A DNA stretch of 64,000 nt, taken from contig CAVZLN010000006.1 of assembly GCA_963776245.1 (NCBI GenBank), positions 384,001-448,000 of the forward strand, given 5' to 3'. This DNA comes from Candidatus Eiseniibacteriota bacterium (GTDB lineage: Bacteria > Eisenbacteria > RBG-16-71-46). The translations under genes were made by a program, and so were the position numbers. The notes below the pieces were generated by a model. The model worked only from the letters and a program-made list of their open reading frames with translations. It searched no databases and was not told where the DNA came from. This document shows, in pieces, positions 54,334 to 64,000 of the stretch. The first letter of the stretch is position 1. Each line of letters opens with the position of its first letter.

Positions 54334-55362
54334 TCACACCACCAGCATCGCGTCCCCGTACGAGTAGAAGCGGTAGCGCTCCGCGACCGCGTGGGTATAG
54401 GCGCGCTTCATGAGGTCCTCTCCCGCGAACGCGGCCACCAGCAGCAGCAGCGTGGTGCGCGGCAGATGGAAGTTCGTCAGCAGGGCGTCCACGGCCCGGA
54501 AGCGGTAGGGCGGCAGGATGTACTTGCGCGTCCACCCGCTGGCGGCCGCCAGCGCGCCGGCGTGCGCGTCGCACGCGGACTCGAGCGCGCGCACCGAGGT
54601 GGTGCCGACCGCCACGATCCGCCCGCCCGCGGCCCGCGCCGCCCGCAGCGCGGCCGCGGTGGCTTCGGGCACCTCGAACCACTCCTCGTCCATCCGGTGC
54701 TCCGCCGGGTCCGCGGCCGACACCGGGCGGAACGTGCCCGGACCCACATGGAGCACCACGCGCCACGCCGGAACGCCGCGCGCGGCGAGCGCCGCGAGCA
54801 GCTCGGGCGTGAAGTGGAGCCCCGCCGTCGGTGAGGCGACCGCGCCGTCCACGCGCGCATACACGGTCTGATAGCGGTCGCGGTCGGAATCGTCCGCCGC
54901 GCGATGGATGTAGGGCGGCAGCGGCATCTCGCCGTGCGCCTCGAGCGCGGCGCGCAGGTCGCCGCGGGCGACGCGCACGACCCGCTCGCCCTCCTCACCG
55001 GCGGACATCACCTCGAGCTCGAGCGCTCCGTCCGCGGTCGCGAGCCGGCCGCCGGGGGGCGCCTTCCGCGCCGGCCGCGCGAGCACCCGCCACCCACCGC
55101 CCGGCTCCGGGCGCACCAGCAGGAGCTCGACCCGGCCCCCGCTCGGACGCTGGACGCGCAGTCGCGCCGGGATGACGCGCGTCTCATTGACCGCCAGCGC
55201 GTCACCCGGACGCAGCCATTCGCCGAGGCGTGCGAAGGTCGTGTCGTGGAGGGTCCCGCTCGAGCGTTCCAGCACCAGCAGGCGCGAGCCCTCGCGCCGC
55301 ACGGCGGGCCGCTGGGCGATCAGCTCGGGCGGCAGGGGATAGTCGAGGTCGTCGAGTCGCAC
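54334..55362 (-). CDS. queA: SAM:tRNA ribosyltransferase-isomerase
   Basis: LPPELIAQ, NETRVIPAR, PLPPYI, YQTVYA, PTAGLHF, TNFHLP, YRFYSYGDAM. Confidence 0.96.
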   Translation of the reverse strand: MRLDDLDYPLPPELIAQRPAVRREGSRLLVLERSSGTLHDTTFARLGEWLRPGDALAVNETRVIPARLRVQRPSGGRVELLLVRPEPGGGWRVLARPARKAPPGGRLATADGALELEVMSAGEEGERVVRVARGDLRAALEAHGEMPLPPYIHRAADDSDRDRYQTVYARVDGAVASPTAGLHFTPELLAALAARGVPAWRVVLHVGPGTFRPVSAADPAEHRMDEEWFEVPEATAAALRAARAAGGRIVAVGTTSVRALESACDAHAGALAAASGWTRKYILPPYRFRAVDALLTNFHLPRTTLLLLVAAFAGEDLMKRAYTHAVAERYRFYSYGDAMLVV

Positions 55363-55385
55363 GGCGCCGGGGTGGCGGACCCGCG

Positions 55386-56471
55386 TCAGGACAGCGGCAG
55401 TTCGGGGTGGACCGCGCCGCCGCGGCTCGCGCCCGGCAGCGGATGTCCGAGGTGCTCGTAGGCGAGCGGGGTGGCCTCGCGTCCGCGCGACGTGCGCTTG
55501 ATGAACCCCTCCTGCACCAGGTAGGGCTCGTACACGTCCTCCAGCGTCCCGGCTTCCTCGCCCACCACCACCGCGAGCGTATTGAGCCCCACCGGGCCGC
55601 CGCCGTACTTGGTGATCAGCGCCTCGAGCAGGCGGCGGTCCATCTCGTCGAGGCCGCGCGCGTCCACCTCGAGCAGGCGCAGCGCCTCGCGGGTGATGGC
55701 GAGATCCACCCGCCCGTCGCCCCGGATGAGGGCTACGTCGCGCACCCGGCGGAGCAGCCGGTTGGCGACGCGCGGCGTGCCGCGCGAGCGGCGCGCGATC
55801 TCGACCGCGGCGTCGGCCGCGACCTCGACCTTGAGGATCGAAGCCGATCGCTCGACGATCCGGGCGAGGTCGGCGGCCGCGTAGTAGTCGAGCCGCAGGG
55901 TCATCCCGAAGCGCGCGCGCAGCGGGGACGACAGCAGCCCCGAACGCGTGGTGGCGCCGACCAGCGTGAATCGCTCGAGATTGATCTTGAGCGAGCGGGC
56001 GCTCGGACCGCGGTCGAGCAGGATGTCGAGCGTGAAGTCCTCGAGCGCCGGATAGAGATACTCCTCGACCACCGGGCTCAGCCGGTGGATCTCGTCCACG
56101 AACAGGATGCCGCGCGGACCGACGTTGGTCAGCAGGCCGGCGAGATCGCCGGGGCGCTCGATGACCGGGCCCGAGGTGTGCGTGATCTCGACGCCGAGTT
56201 CGTTCGCGAGGATGGTGGCGAGGGTGGTCTTGCCGAGCCCGGGGGGGCCGTGGAACAGCACGTGATCCAGCGCCTCGCCGCGCCGGCGCGTGGCCTCGAG
56301 GAAGATGGCGAGCTGCTCCTTCACCAGCGCCTGGCCGACGAAGTCGACCAGCGCCAGGGGCCGCAGCCGCGACTCCTCGCGCACGTCCTCGGGGAAGGCC
56401 TCGGGGTCGGCGATGCGCGGCGCGTGCTTCGCGCGTGCGGGATCGCGTATCGACTTCGGTTCGTCCGTCAC
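55386..56471 (-). CDS. ruvB: Holliday junction branch migration helicase RuvB
   Basis: [44 protein letters not shown]. Confidence 0.96.
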   Translation of the reverse strand: MTDEPKSIRDPARAKHAPRIADPEAFPEDVREESRLRPLALVDFVGQALVKEQLAIFLEATRRRGEALDHVLFHGPPGLGKTTLATILANELGVEITHTSGPVIERPGDLAGLLTNVGPRGILFVDEIHRLSPVVEEYLYPALEDFTLDILLDRGPSARSLKINLERFTLVGATTRSGLLSSPLRARFGMTLRLDYYAAADLARIVERSASILKVEVAADAAVEIARRSRGTPRVANRLLRRVRDVALIRGDGRVDLAITREALRLLEVDARGLDEMDRRLLEALITKYGGGPVGLNTLAVVVGEEAGTLEDVYEPYLVQEGFIKRTSRGREATPLAYEHLGHPLPGASRGGAVHPELPLS

Positions 56472-57106
56472 CGCGCGCTCCCTCCCGACGTGAGCGCGGC
56501 CTTGCCGAGCCTCATCAGCGCACGCCGCACCAGATCCTCGAGCGACAGGTCGTCCTCCGCCTCGGCCACCCTGCGGATCGCCTCGGTTGCCTGAGGCGCA
56601 GTGTAGCCCAGCGCGAGGAGCGCGGCGACGCCGTCCTCGAACCGCCCGTGGGGCGGCAGCACCGTGCCGTCGCGCGGCTCCGGCGATCCGCCCGGCGGCG
56701 ACAGCCACTCGAGCTTGTCGCGCAGCTCGACGACCAGGCGCTCGGCGGTCTTGCGTCCGATGCCCGGGATGGCGACCAGGGTGGCGACGTGCTCGCCGCG
56801 GATCGCGCGCGCGAGCGCCAGCGGCTTGAGCCCCGAGAGCACCGCGAGAGCGAGGCGCGGCCCCACGCCGTTGACTCCGATGAGCAGGTCGAACAGGCCC
56901 AGCTCCTCGGGGTCGGCGAAGCCGAACAGCTGGAGCGAGTCCTCGCGCACCACCTGGCGGGTGCGCAGCGCGGCCATCTCGCCCACCCCGGGCAGCGCCC
57001 CCGCGGTGTGGGCCGAGACGCTCACGAGGTAGCCCACGCCGCCACACTCGACCACGCAGTGGGCCGCCGACTTCTCGAGCAGGGTGCCGCACAGGCTGGC
57101 GATCAT
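56468..57106 (-). CDS. ruvA: Holliday junction branch migration protein RuvA
   Basis: GGVGY, VRED...[22 protein letters not shown]. Confidence 0.95.
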   Translation of the reverse strand: MIASLCGTLLEKSAAHCVVECGGVGYLVSVSAHTAGALPGVGEMAALRTRQVVREDSLQLFGFADPEELGLFDLLIGVNGVGPRLALAVLSGLKPLALARAIRGEHVATLVAIPGIGRKTAERLVVELRDKLEWLSPPGGSPEPRDGTVLPPHGRFEDGVAALLALGYTAPQATEAIRRVAEAEDDLSLEDLVRRALMRLGKAALTSGGSAR

Positions 57107-57645
57107 CGCGGGCTCTGGCGCGCGAGCAGCAGGGCGAGGCGCTGGGCGGCGGCGGAGGCGGCGCGCGCGGGCGCCGGGCGGTTCGCGCGGTGCAGGTGGC
57201 AGAGCGCGATGGCGAGCGCATCGGAGGCGTCGGGACCGATCACGCCACGCACCCCGAGCAGGCGGCGCACCATGAACACGACCTGATCCTTGGATCCCGC
57301 GCCGGTCCCGGTGACGCTCATCTTGACCTCGCGCGGCGTGTACTCCGCCACCTCGAACCCGCGCTGGACAGCGGCCACCAGCAGCGCGCCGCGCACCTGG
57401 CCCAGCACCAGCGTCGAGCGCACGTTCTCGTGATAGAACGCTTCCTCGATGGCCACCACGTCGGGCCGGAATTCGTCCATCACCTCGCCCGCCCGCGTCG
57501 CGATGGCGTGCAGCCGGTGGGGCAGATCGAGCCGGGCGGGCGGGGCGGCGACACCGTGGGTCAGACAGCGATAGAGGTTGCCGCAGCGCTCGACCACGCC
57601 GTAGCCGGTGCGCCGGCTGCCGGGGTCGAGTCCGAGGACGCGCAT
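57103..57645 (-). CDS. ruvC: crossover junction endodeoxyribonuclease RuvC
   Basis: [26 protein letters not shown]. Confidence 0.95.
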   Translation of the reverse strand: MRVLGLDPGSRRTGYGVVERCGNLYRCLTHGVAAPPARLDLPHRLHAIATRAGEVMDEFRPDVVAIEEAFYHENVRSTLVLGQVRGALLVAAVQRGFEVAEYTPREVKMSVTGTGAGSKDQVVFMVRRLLGVRGVIGPDASDALAIALCHLHRANRPAPARAASAAAQRLALLLARQSPR

Positions 57646-57661
57646 GCCGGGCCGCCCGGCG

Positions 57662-58411
57662 TCAGTCCGACAGCTTGGCGAGGACGTCGTCGGCCATGTC
57701 GAAGTTGGCGTGGACCTTCTGGACGTCGTCGTGATCCTCGAGCGCCTCGATGAGGCGCAGCAGCGCCCCGCCCTCCTTCTCCGTGACGGGGACCTGGAGA
57801 CTCGCCACCTTGGTGATCTCGGCGCTCTGCACCGGGATGGCCCTGGCCGCCAGCGCCTCCTTCACCGCCTCGAAGGCGGCGAGAGGAGTCAGGATCTCGT
57901 GGGAGTCGCCGCTCGTGGTCACGTCTTCGGCGCCCGCCTCGAGCGCGACCTCGATGAGCAGGTCCTCGGCCACGGCGGACTTCTCGACCAGCAGCACGCC
58001 CTTGGGCCTGAACAGGTACGAGACCGCGCCGGCCTCAGCCATGTTGCCGCCGTACTTGGTCAGGACGTGGCGGATGTCCCCCGCGGTCCGGTTGCGATTG
58101 TCGGTCGCGACCTCGATGAGCAGGGCCACGCCGCCGGGGGCGTAACCCTCGTACTGGACCTCTTCGTAGTTCGCGCCCTCGACCTCGCCGCTGCCACGCT
58201 TGATCGCACGTTCGATGTTGTTGGCCGGCATGTTCACGGACTTGGCGGTCGCCACCGCCGTGCGCAGCCGGGGATTGGACTCGAGGTCCCCCCCACCGTG
58301 CCGGGCGGCGATCGTGATCTCCTTGATGTACTTGGAGAACATCTTGCCACGGGCCTGGTCGGTGGCCGCCTTCTTACGCTTGATGGTGGCCCACTTGGAA
58401 TGGCCGGACAT
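57662..58411 (-). CDS. yebC: YebC/PmpR family protein
   Basis: MSGHSKWATIKRKK, YEGYAPGG, TDNRNRT, LEDHDDVQ. Confidence 0.95.
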   Translation of the reverse strand: MSGHSKWATIKRKKAATDQARGKMFSKYIKEITIAARHGGGDLESNPRLRTAVATAKSVNMPANNIERAIKRGSGEVEGANYEEVQYEGYAPGGVALLIEVATDNRNRTAGDIRHVLTKYGGNMAEAGAVSYLFRPKGVLLVEKSAVAEDLLIEVALEAGAEDVTTSGDSHEILTPLAAFEAVKEALAARAIPVQSAEITKVASLQVPVTEKEGGALLRLIEALEDHDDVQKVHANFDMADDVLAKLSD

Positions 58412-58431
58412 GCCTCACCTCCGGATGCGCT

Positions 58432-60534
58432 TCAGGACGCGTTCGCGTTCGCCTCGCGCTCCGCCCTCGCCGCCGCGATCACCTTCTCGGACTGATCGCG
58501 CGGAACCTCCTCGTAGCGGGAGAACCGCTGCGAGTGCACGCCGCGCCCCTGCGTCAGCGAGCGCAACTGAGCCGAATACTTGTAGAGCTCGCCGCTGGGC
58601 ACCTCGGCGTGGATGATCTGACGGCTGCCCTCCGTCTCCGTCTTCAGGATGCGGCCGCGGCGCACGGAGAGGTCGCCCATCACGTCCCCCAGGAAGTCGC
58701 CCGGGATGCGCACGATCACGTTCTCGATGGGCTCGAGCAGCACCGCCCGCGCCTCGGGCTTCTTCATGACCTCGTGGAAGCACGATTCCCCGGCGATCTT
58801 GAACGCCATCTCCGACGAATCCACGTCGTGGTACTTGCCGAAGAACAGCGCCACCTGCACGTCGACCACCTGATAGCCCGCGAGCGGGCCGCGTTCCATC
58901 CCCGCCACCACACCCTTCTCGACCGCCGGGATGAACTGGTTGGGCACCACCCCACCCTTGACCTCGTCGAGGAACTTGAATCCCTCCCCGCGCGGGCTCG
59001 CCTGCAGGCGCAGGTGGACCTCCCCGAACTGGCCGCGCCCTCCGGTCTGCTTCTTGTGACGATACTCGCCCTCGGCCTTGCCCTTGATGGTCTCGCGGTA
59101 GGGCACGTGCGGCTTCGAGAGCACCACCTCGACGCCGAAGCGCTTCTTCAGGCGCTCCACCATGACCTCGATCTGGAGGTCGCCCATGCCGTAGACCAGG
59201 GTCTCGTGCGTGCTCGTCTCGTAGGTGCGCGAGAAGGTCGGGTCCTCCTCATGGAGGCGCGCGAGCCCGGTGGAGATCTTCTCCTCGTCCCCCTTGTTCT
59301 TCGCCTTCACGCACTCCGCGGTCACCGGGCCCGGGAAGTCCGGAGGCGCCAGGACCACCGGGCGCGACTTCTCCGCCAGCGTGTCCCCGGTGTGCGTCTC
59401 CTTGAGCTTCACCGCCGCGACGATGTCGCCCGCGATCGCGCTCTTGCACTCCAGCCGCTCCTTGCCCACCAGGTGGTAGAGGGCGCTCATCTTCTCGGCG
59501 CGATTGCGCGTGCTGTTCAGGACGTCCCGGCCCGGCTCGAGATGGCCCGAGTAGAGGCGGATCAGCGAGAGATCACCGAGGTGCTGCTCGGAGAGCGTCT
59601 TGAACACCATGCCGGTGACCGGCTCGCCGCTCTCGGGCTTGAGGGTGACAGCGGTCTCGCCGATCAGGCCCGACTGCTGCTTGACCTGGTGGGGCGCGGG
59701 CAGCACGTCGATGACCTCGGCGAGCACCTCCCGGACACCGTGGTTGTTGAACGCCGAGCAGCAGAAGACCGGCATGAGATCGCCCAGCACCACGCGCTCG
59801 CACAGGCCCTTGCGGATCTCCGTCTCGGTGAGCTCGGCGCCCTCGAGGAACTTGTTCATCAGCTCCTCGTCGCCGATCGCGGCCTCTTCCATCAGGGTGG
59901 CCCGGGCCCGGGCGACGGCATCCACCATCTCGACGGGCACCGGCACCTCGCTGCTCTTCTCCTCCATGCCCTTGCCGCTGAACGTGTAGGCCTTGCCCTC
60001 GATGAGATCGACGATGCCGCGGAAGGCCTCGGCCTCACCGATGGGCAATTGGGCAGGCACCGCATTGATGCCGAGCTTCTGGCGAAGCGAGGCCACCGCG
60101 GCGAGGAAGTCGGCGTGCTCCTTGTCCATCATGTTCACGACCACCAGCACGGGGGTCTTTTCCTGCTTCAGCACCTCCCACACCACTTCCGTGCCCACCT
60201 CCACGCCGGCGTTCGCGCGCAGCATGAGGATGGCGGAGTCGGCGACCCTCAGCGCGCTGTACACATCGCCCACGAAGTCCGGATAGCCGGGCGTGTCCAT
60301 CAGGTTGACCTTGTGTCCCGCCCACTCGAACTGGGCGAGCCCGAGGTTGATCGTGATCTGGCGCGAGATCTCGTCGGCGGCGTGGTCGAGCAGCGTGGTC
60401 CCGTCGGCGACGCGGCCGAGCCGGGTCGTCGCCTTCGCCAGGAAGAGCATCGCCTCGGCGAGCGAGGTCTTGCCGACGCCGTGATGGGCGACGAGCGCGA
60501 CGTTGCGGATCTGCGCGGTGGTGAATTCCCTCAA
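58432..60534 (-). CDS. fusA: elongation factor G paralog (EF-G2-like)
   Basis: DTPG, five-domain EF-G architecture (HKKQTGGRGQFG, DSSEMAFK); TTG start after GAGGTG; divergent G motifs. Confidence 0.88.
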   Translation of the reverse strand: MREFTTAQIRNVALVAHHGVGKTSLAEAMLFLAKATTRLGRVADGTTLLDHAADEISRQITINLGLAQFEWAGHKVNLMDTPGYPDFVGDVYSALRVADSAILMLRANAGVEVGTEVVWEVLKQEKTPVLVVVNMMDKEHADFLAAVASLRQKLGINAVPAQLPIGEAEAFRGIVDLIEGKAYTFSGKGMEEKSSEVPVPVEMVDAVARARATLMEEAAIGDEELMNKFLEGAELTETEIRKGLCERVVLGDLMPVFCCSAFNNHGVREVLAEVIDVLPAPHQVKQQSGLIGETAVTLKPESGEPVTGMVFKTLSEQHLGDLSLIRLYSGHLEPGRDVLNSTRNRAEKMSALYHLVGKERLECKSAIAGDIVAAVKLKETHTGDTLAEKSRPVVLAPPDFPGPVTAECVKAKNKGDEEKISTGLARLHEEDPTFSRTYETSTHETLVYGMGDLQIEVMVERLKKRFGVEVVLSKPHVPYRETIKGKAEGEYRHKKQTGGRGQFGEVHLRLQASPRGEGFKFLDEVKGGVVPNQFIPAVEKGVVAGMERGPLAGYQVVDVQVALFFGKYHDVDSSEMAFKIAGESCFHEVMKKPEARAVLLEPIENVIVRIPGDFLGDVMGDLSVRRGRILKTETEGSRQIIHAEVPSGELYKYSAQLRSLTQGRGVHSQRFSRYEEVPRDQSEKVIAAARAEREANANAS

Positions 60535-60627
60535 GTCACACCTCGGAGTGGGTGGATGAAGTCGTCCTGGGTGCGCGACCGGGGGGTCGGGCATCGCGTA
60601 TGAGCGCGTAAGATGATGCGGCGACGA

Positions 60628-60657
60628 ACGCTATCACCGTGCGCGCAAGCGGGTCAA
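60628..60657 (-). promoter_or_regulatory. sigma70-type promoter for the EF-G-yebC-ruv operon
   Basis: TTGACC-18 nt-TAGCGT with a TG extension. Confidence 0.45.
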
Positions 60658-60795
60658 GCGTGGCCCGCCCGCCCGCGCGTCGCAGGCGACGCGCGCGGCC
60701 GAGCCGGCCCCGGCCCGCGGATCCGACGCCAGGGAGAGGGCATCGAACGAGTGCCGGGGGTCGTCATCGCGGACCACGCTGCGCCCGCCGACTCA

Positions 60796-60825
60796 TTGAC
60801 CCCCGATCGCACGAACCGCTAGTCT
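60796..60825 (+). promoter_or_regulatory. sigma70-type promoter for cytochrome c
   Basis: TTGACC-18 nt-TAGTCT. Confidence 0.45.
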
Positions 60826-60892
60826 TCCTGCGTTTGCGAGCAGGGTCTTCCCCGAGAACCTGTTCCGTACGCACCGACCCGAAGGAGAGACG

Positions 60893-61276
60893 ATGAGCGT
60901 GAGCACCCGGAAGCGCGTCGCGGTGGCCCTCGGCCTCGCGGCGCTCACCATCTTCGCGGCCTATGCCGCGACGGCCGGTCCCGCCAAGGGCAATGCCGCG
61001 GCCGCGAAGCCCGTCTTCACCTCGAAGTGTATCGCCTGCCACAAGGCCGATGGCAGCGGAGGCGTGAAGCTGACCGGGAACCCGACGCCGAACTGGAAGG
61101 ACCCCAAGACCTGGGCCGATCCCAAGCGCACCGACGACTACCTCCGCGACTGCATCACCAATGGCAAGATGCAGTCGGGCATGGTCGCCTGGGGAAAGAC
61201 CGGACAGCTGAAGCCGCAGCAGGTCGAGGACATGATCGTTTACATCCGCACGACGTTCGCGCCGAAGAAGAAGTAG
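60893..61276 (+). CDS. periplasmic monoheme class I cytochrome c
   Basis: Signal peptide, CIACH, distal GMVAW Met; AAGGAG RBS. Confidence 0.88.
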   Translation: MSVSTRKRVAVALGLAALTIFAAYAATAGPAKGNAAAAKPVFTSKCIACHKADGSGGVKLTGNPTPNWKDPKTWADPKRTDDYLRDCITNGKMQSGMVAWGKTGQLKPQQVEDMIVYIRTTFAPKKK

Positions 61277-61298
61277 CCGCGCTCCGGCCGGAGACGCG

Positions 61299-61334
61299 AG
61301 AGGCGGGCCCGGTGGGCCCGCCTCTTCGTTCTCT
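61299..61334 (+). terminator. intrinsic terminator after cytochrome c
   Basis: agaggcgggccc-ggt-gggcccgcctct followed by a pyrimidine-rich tail. Confidence 0.65.
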
Positions 61335-61354
61335 CCCGGCGCTCGCGCCCGGGA

Positions 61355-63088
61355 TCAGCGGATATCGATCGACCAGGGCATGACCGCGAGCGGCGCTCCG
61401 ACCGGGAAGCGCGCCGCCACCAGCCAGGCCTGCACGACCTCGGGCAGCACCAGGCGTTCCTGCGCGTTGTCGTCGTCGTCGCGGATCCAGTCCTCGATCA
61501 GGCGGCTCAGGAACGGGTGGTCGACCTTTGGATACACGTCGATGATGAGCTCCTCGCCCGCGGCGATGTTCGCGCGCTCGCGCGCCGCGGCGAACGCCTC
61601 TTCGAGACCCCCGAGTCCGTCCACCAGGCCGAGGTCGTAGGCGGCGAGCCCGCTCCACACGCGGCCCTGAGCCACCGAGTCCACCTCAGCCACCGAGAGC
61701 CCACGGCTCTTCGACACGCGCTCGAGGAACCCCTGGTAGAATTCCCGCAGGTGGCGCTCGTAGACGGTGCGCTCCTGGGGCGTGAAGTCGCGGTACGGGG
61801 AAAGCATCGAGGCGTGGCGGCCCCGCTCGAAGGTCTCGACGCTGAGCCCCAGCTTCCGGTAGAGGCCGGCCACGTTGAGCTTTCCGCCGTAGATGCCGAT
61901 CGAGCCCGTGAGCGTGGAAGGCTCTGCGAGCAGCACGTCGCCTCCCACCGCGAGATAGTAGCCGCCAGACGCCGCGGCGTCCGACATGCTGACGATCACC
62001 GGCTTGACCTCGCGGCAGCGCACGATCTCGCGCCACAGTTCATCCGAGGATTGCGCCGATCCCCCGGGGCTGTCGATTCTCAGCACGATGGCCTTGACCG
62101 CCTTCCGGGTGCGCACCTCGCGCAGCGCCTGGACGAGCGTCTCGGTGCCGAGCACGCGCCCCTCCATGGGGTCCTCGCGGCTCTTGCCGGGCGCGATGGC
62201 GCCCGAAGCCACGACCAGCGCGACGTGCGCGCCGGAGCGGGGCGTCATCAGGCGGGCGATGTAGCGCCCGAGCGACACGCCGGGCAGGGATCGCGAGCCC
62301 CGTCGCAGCGCGAGCGAGTCGACATCCGCGTCGTAGAGCAGCGAATCCACCAGGCCGCGCGCCAGCGCCTCCGTGGCCGTGAAGGGGCCCTCGTCGAGGA
62401 TCGCACGCACCGTGTCGGCGTCCAGGCCGCGTGCGGACGCGAGGCTGTCGCAGAGCAGGGCATACTGGTCGTCGAGCAGCGCCTCGAGCGCTTCGCGCGC
62501 CGGTTCGGTGAGCGATGTGCGCGTGTAGGGCTCGGTGCCCGACTTGTACACGCCGATGTGCGCAAAGTTCGGCGTGATCCCGAGCTTGTCGAACGTGCCG
62601 CGGAAGAAGGTGGCGGTCAGCGCGAGGCCGTCGAGCTGGAGTTGCGCGGTCGGTGGCACACACACCAGGTTCGCCGCCGAGGCGAGCAGGTACTCGCGCT
62701 CCCCGCCCCCGGCGAGGCTCGCGACCACCGGCTTCCCGGCGTTGCGGAAGGCGAGCACGGCATCCCGGACCTCGGCGACCCGGGCCCAGCCCCAGTCGAT
62801 CCCGTCGATGTGCAGGACGAGGCCCTCGACTTTGTCGTCCTCGGCCGCGCGCCGGAGCGCGCGCACCACGTCGTGGACCTGCAGCCGGCCGGAACGGAAG
62901 GTGCGCAGTGAGAAGGGCCCGTAGAGCGGCGGCGCCTCGTCCAATTGCGCCGGGACGTCGAAGATGAGCACGGATGCCGCGTTGGCCGGCGACGCGGGGC
63001 GGCGCAGAGCGACGGCCGCCGTGAGGATGGCCGCGCCGAGAAGCGTCACCAGCAGCACGAAAACGAGGACGCCACGGCGTCCAGACAT
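61355..63088 (-). CDS. sppA: signal peptide peptidase SppA (67K type)
   Basis: G.YKSG.EP, LRIDSPGG, AASGGYY, TGSIG, VAQGRVWSG. Confidence 0.92.
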   Translation of the reverse strand: MSGRRGVLVFVLLVTLLGAAILTAAVALRRPASPANAASVLIFDVPAQLDEAPPLYGPFSLRTFRSGRLQVHDVVRALRRAAEDDKVEGLVLHIDGIDWGWARVAEVRDAVLAFRNAGKPVVASLAGGGEREYLLASAANLVCVPPTAQLQLDGLALTATFFRGTFDKLGITPNFAHIGVYKSGTEPYTRTSLTEPAREALEALLDDQYALLCDSLASARGLDADTVRAILDEGPFTATEALARGLVDSLLYDADVDSLALRRGSRSLPGVSLGRYIARLMTPRSGAHVALVVASGAIAPGKSREDPMEGRVLGTETLVQALREVRTRKAVKAIVLRIDSPGGSAQSSDELWREIVRCREVKPVIVSMSDAAASGGYYLAVGGDVLLAEPSTLTGSIGIYGGKLNVAGLYRKLGLSVETFERGRHASMLSPYRDFTPQERTVYERHLREFYQGFLERVSKSRGLSVAEVDSVAQGRVWSGLAAYDLGLVDGLGGLEEAFAAARERANIAAGEELIIDVYPKVDHPFLSRLIEDWIRDDDDNAQERLVLPEVVQAWLVAARFPVGAPLAVMPWSIDIR

Positions 63089-63173
63089 GCGAAACCCTCC
63101 GGGTCCGTGTGAGTGAGGCGGGACCGCGCGGTCCGCTGGCGCCGACATCGAGCCGGCGACCGGACCCCGCAGC

Positions 63174-64000
63174 TCAGAGGAGTTTACGCACCTCGAGCGA
63201 GAAGTAAAGACCGCGCGCGTCCTGCGCGTGGTCGAGGTGCCACTCGAGTCGCACAGTCCCGGTGGCACGCACGCGGAGCCCGCGGCCCAGCGATTGGTCG
63301 CCGAGCACGGTGGCTTCGGCGAAGCGATACGACGAATGCAGCCCGAGCATCTCCGGCACGGCCACCGCGTCGTAGCTGCGCCATCCGCAGGCGGGGCCGA
63401 CCGACCACCACGCACTGCCGGCGAACGTCTCGAGTTCCGCGAACCCGGCGATCTCCCGGTACTCCTCGGCAGGCGCGAACCGGCTGACCAGCACTTCGCC
63501 CCGCGGTCCGGCGGCGATGCTCCATCCGGCGAGTTCGAGGCGCCCAGCCACGCGCGCACGCGCCACCGAATAGTCGAAGTACAGAGCGCTGTCCGGGGTG
63601 TCGTAGCGCATCGCTTCGATCTCGATCTCGGTCACCGCCGACCACATCGCGGCCATCCGGACCACGGCTTCGGCCCGCGCACGACCCTCGAGCAGATCGT
63701 CGCGGCTGGTCGGGACGGGCCGCCGCGTGACTCGCCGGACCCCTTCGGCCTCGAGCGCGAGCGAGTGGCCGGTGAGCGTCTCCAGTCGCACCCGGACGTC
63801 GGCGCCATGCTCCAGATGGTCCCGGGTGGAGGAGTCGGGGAACGCGCGTGCGACCAGCGCGTAGGCGAACCGCCACTCCGGTCCGAACAATGGCGCATGC
63901 TCGAACGCCACGCTGGCGCGTGCGCTCGCCCGATCCGGGACGATGCTGGCGCCGACCCCCGTGGAGCTCAGCAGGTCACCCCGGAGCCCCAGTTCCAACG
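63174..64000 (-). CDS. hypothetical outer-membrane beta-barrel-like protein (5' end outside window)
   Basis: Open frame to the window edge, alternating beta-strand pattern, C-terminus LYFSLEVRKLL. Confidence 0.55.
   Translation of the reverse strand, partial: LELGLRGDLLSSTGVGASIVPDRASARASVAFEHAPLFGPEWRFAYALVARAFPDSSTRDHLEHGADVRVRLETLTGHSLALEAEGVRRVTRRPVPTSRDDLLEGRARAEAVVRMAAMWSAVTEIEIEAMRYDTPDSALYFDYSVARARVAGRLELAGWSIAAGPRGEVLVSRFAPAEEYREIAGFAELETFAGSAWWSVGPACGWRSYDAVAVPEMLGLHSSYRFAEATVLGDQSLGRGLRVRATGTVRLEWHLDHAQDARGLYFSLEVRKLL

Overview
A very GC-rich bacterial chromosome segment with mostly housekeeping genes. No CRISPR array, rRNA, prophage or IS element was seen. The FlgD-Ig/T9SS-like sorting domain, the TolB-propeller Ser/Thr kinases and the fused ccoNO suggest an FCB-related diderm such as Ca. 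Eisenbacteria (inference). Gene order: a tandem array of at least 3 translationally coupled kinase-TM-beta-propeller genes; purA; an AftB-like GT-C glycosyltransferase; a complete cbb3 oxidase operon (ccoNO-Q-P-G-H-DsbD-like-I-S); serA; a secreted protein with three ~240-aa 10-Cys repeats behind a leader carrying a uORF and hairpin; a 4th kinase (TolB-N/TPR); an OM barrel split by an in-frame TAG; yaiI; a class V aminotransferase; tRNA-Leu-tig-clpP-clpX-lon; apgM with a FadL/PorV-like barrel; hbd-proC-NTase; yjbQ-metK; thiolase, TPR-TonB-C protein and leuB-like gene; an unannotated 27-aa membrane peptide facing mgtC; crotonase; GAF-PP2C with mtgA; aminotransferase with yqeY; GT2 synthase with an OM barrel; pccB; EF-G paralog-yebC-ruvCAB-queA; cytochrome c; sppA. 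Many single-base frameshifts between 7.3 and 33.4 kb look like sequencing or assembly errors. The best candidates for undescribed biology are the Cys-rich repeat protein and its leader, the small peptide with its structured 5' UTR, the kinase cassette array and the two-gene GT2/barrel system.
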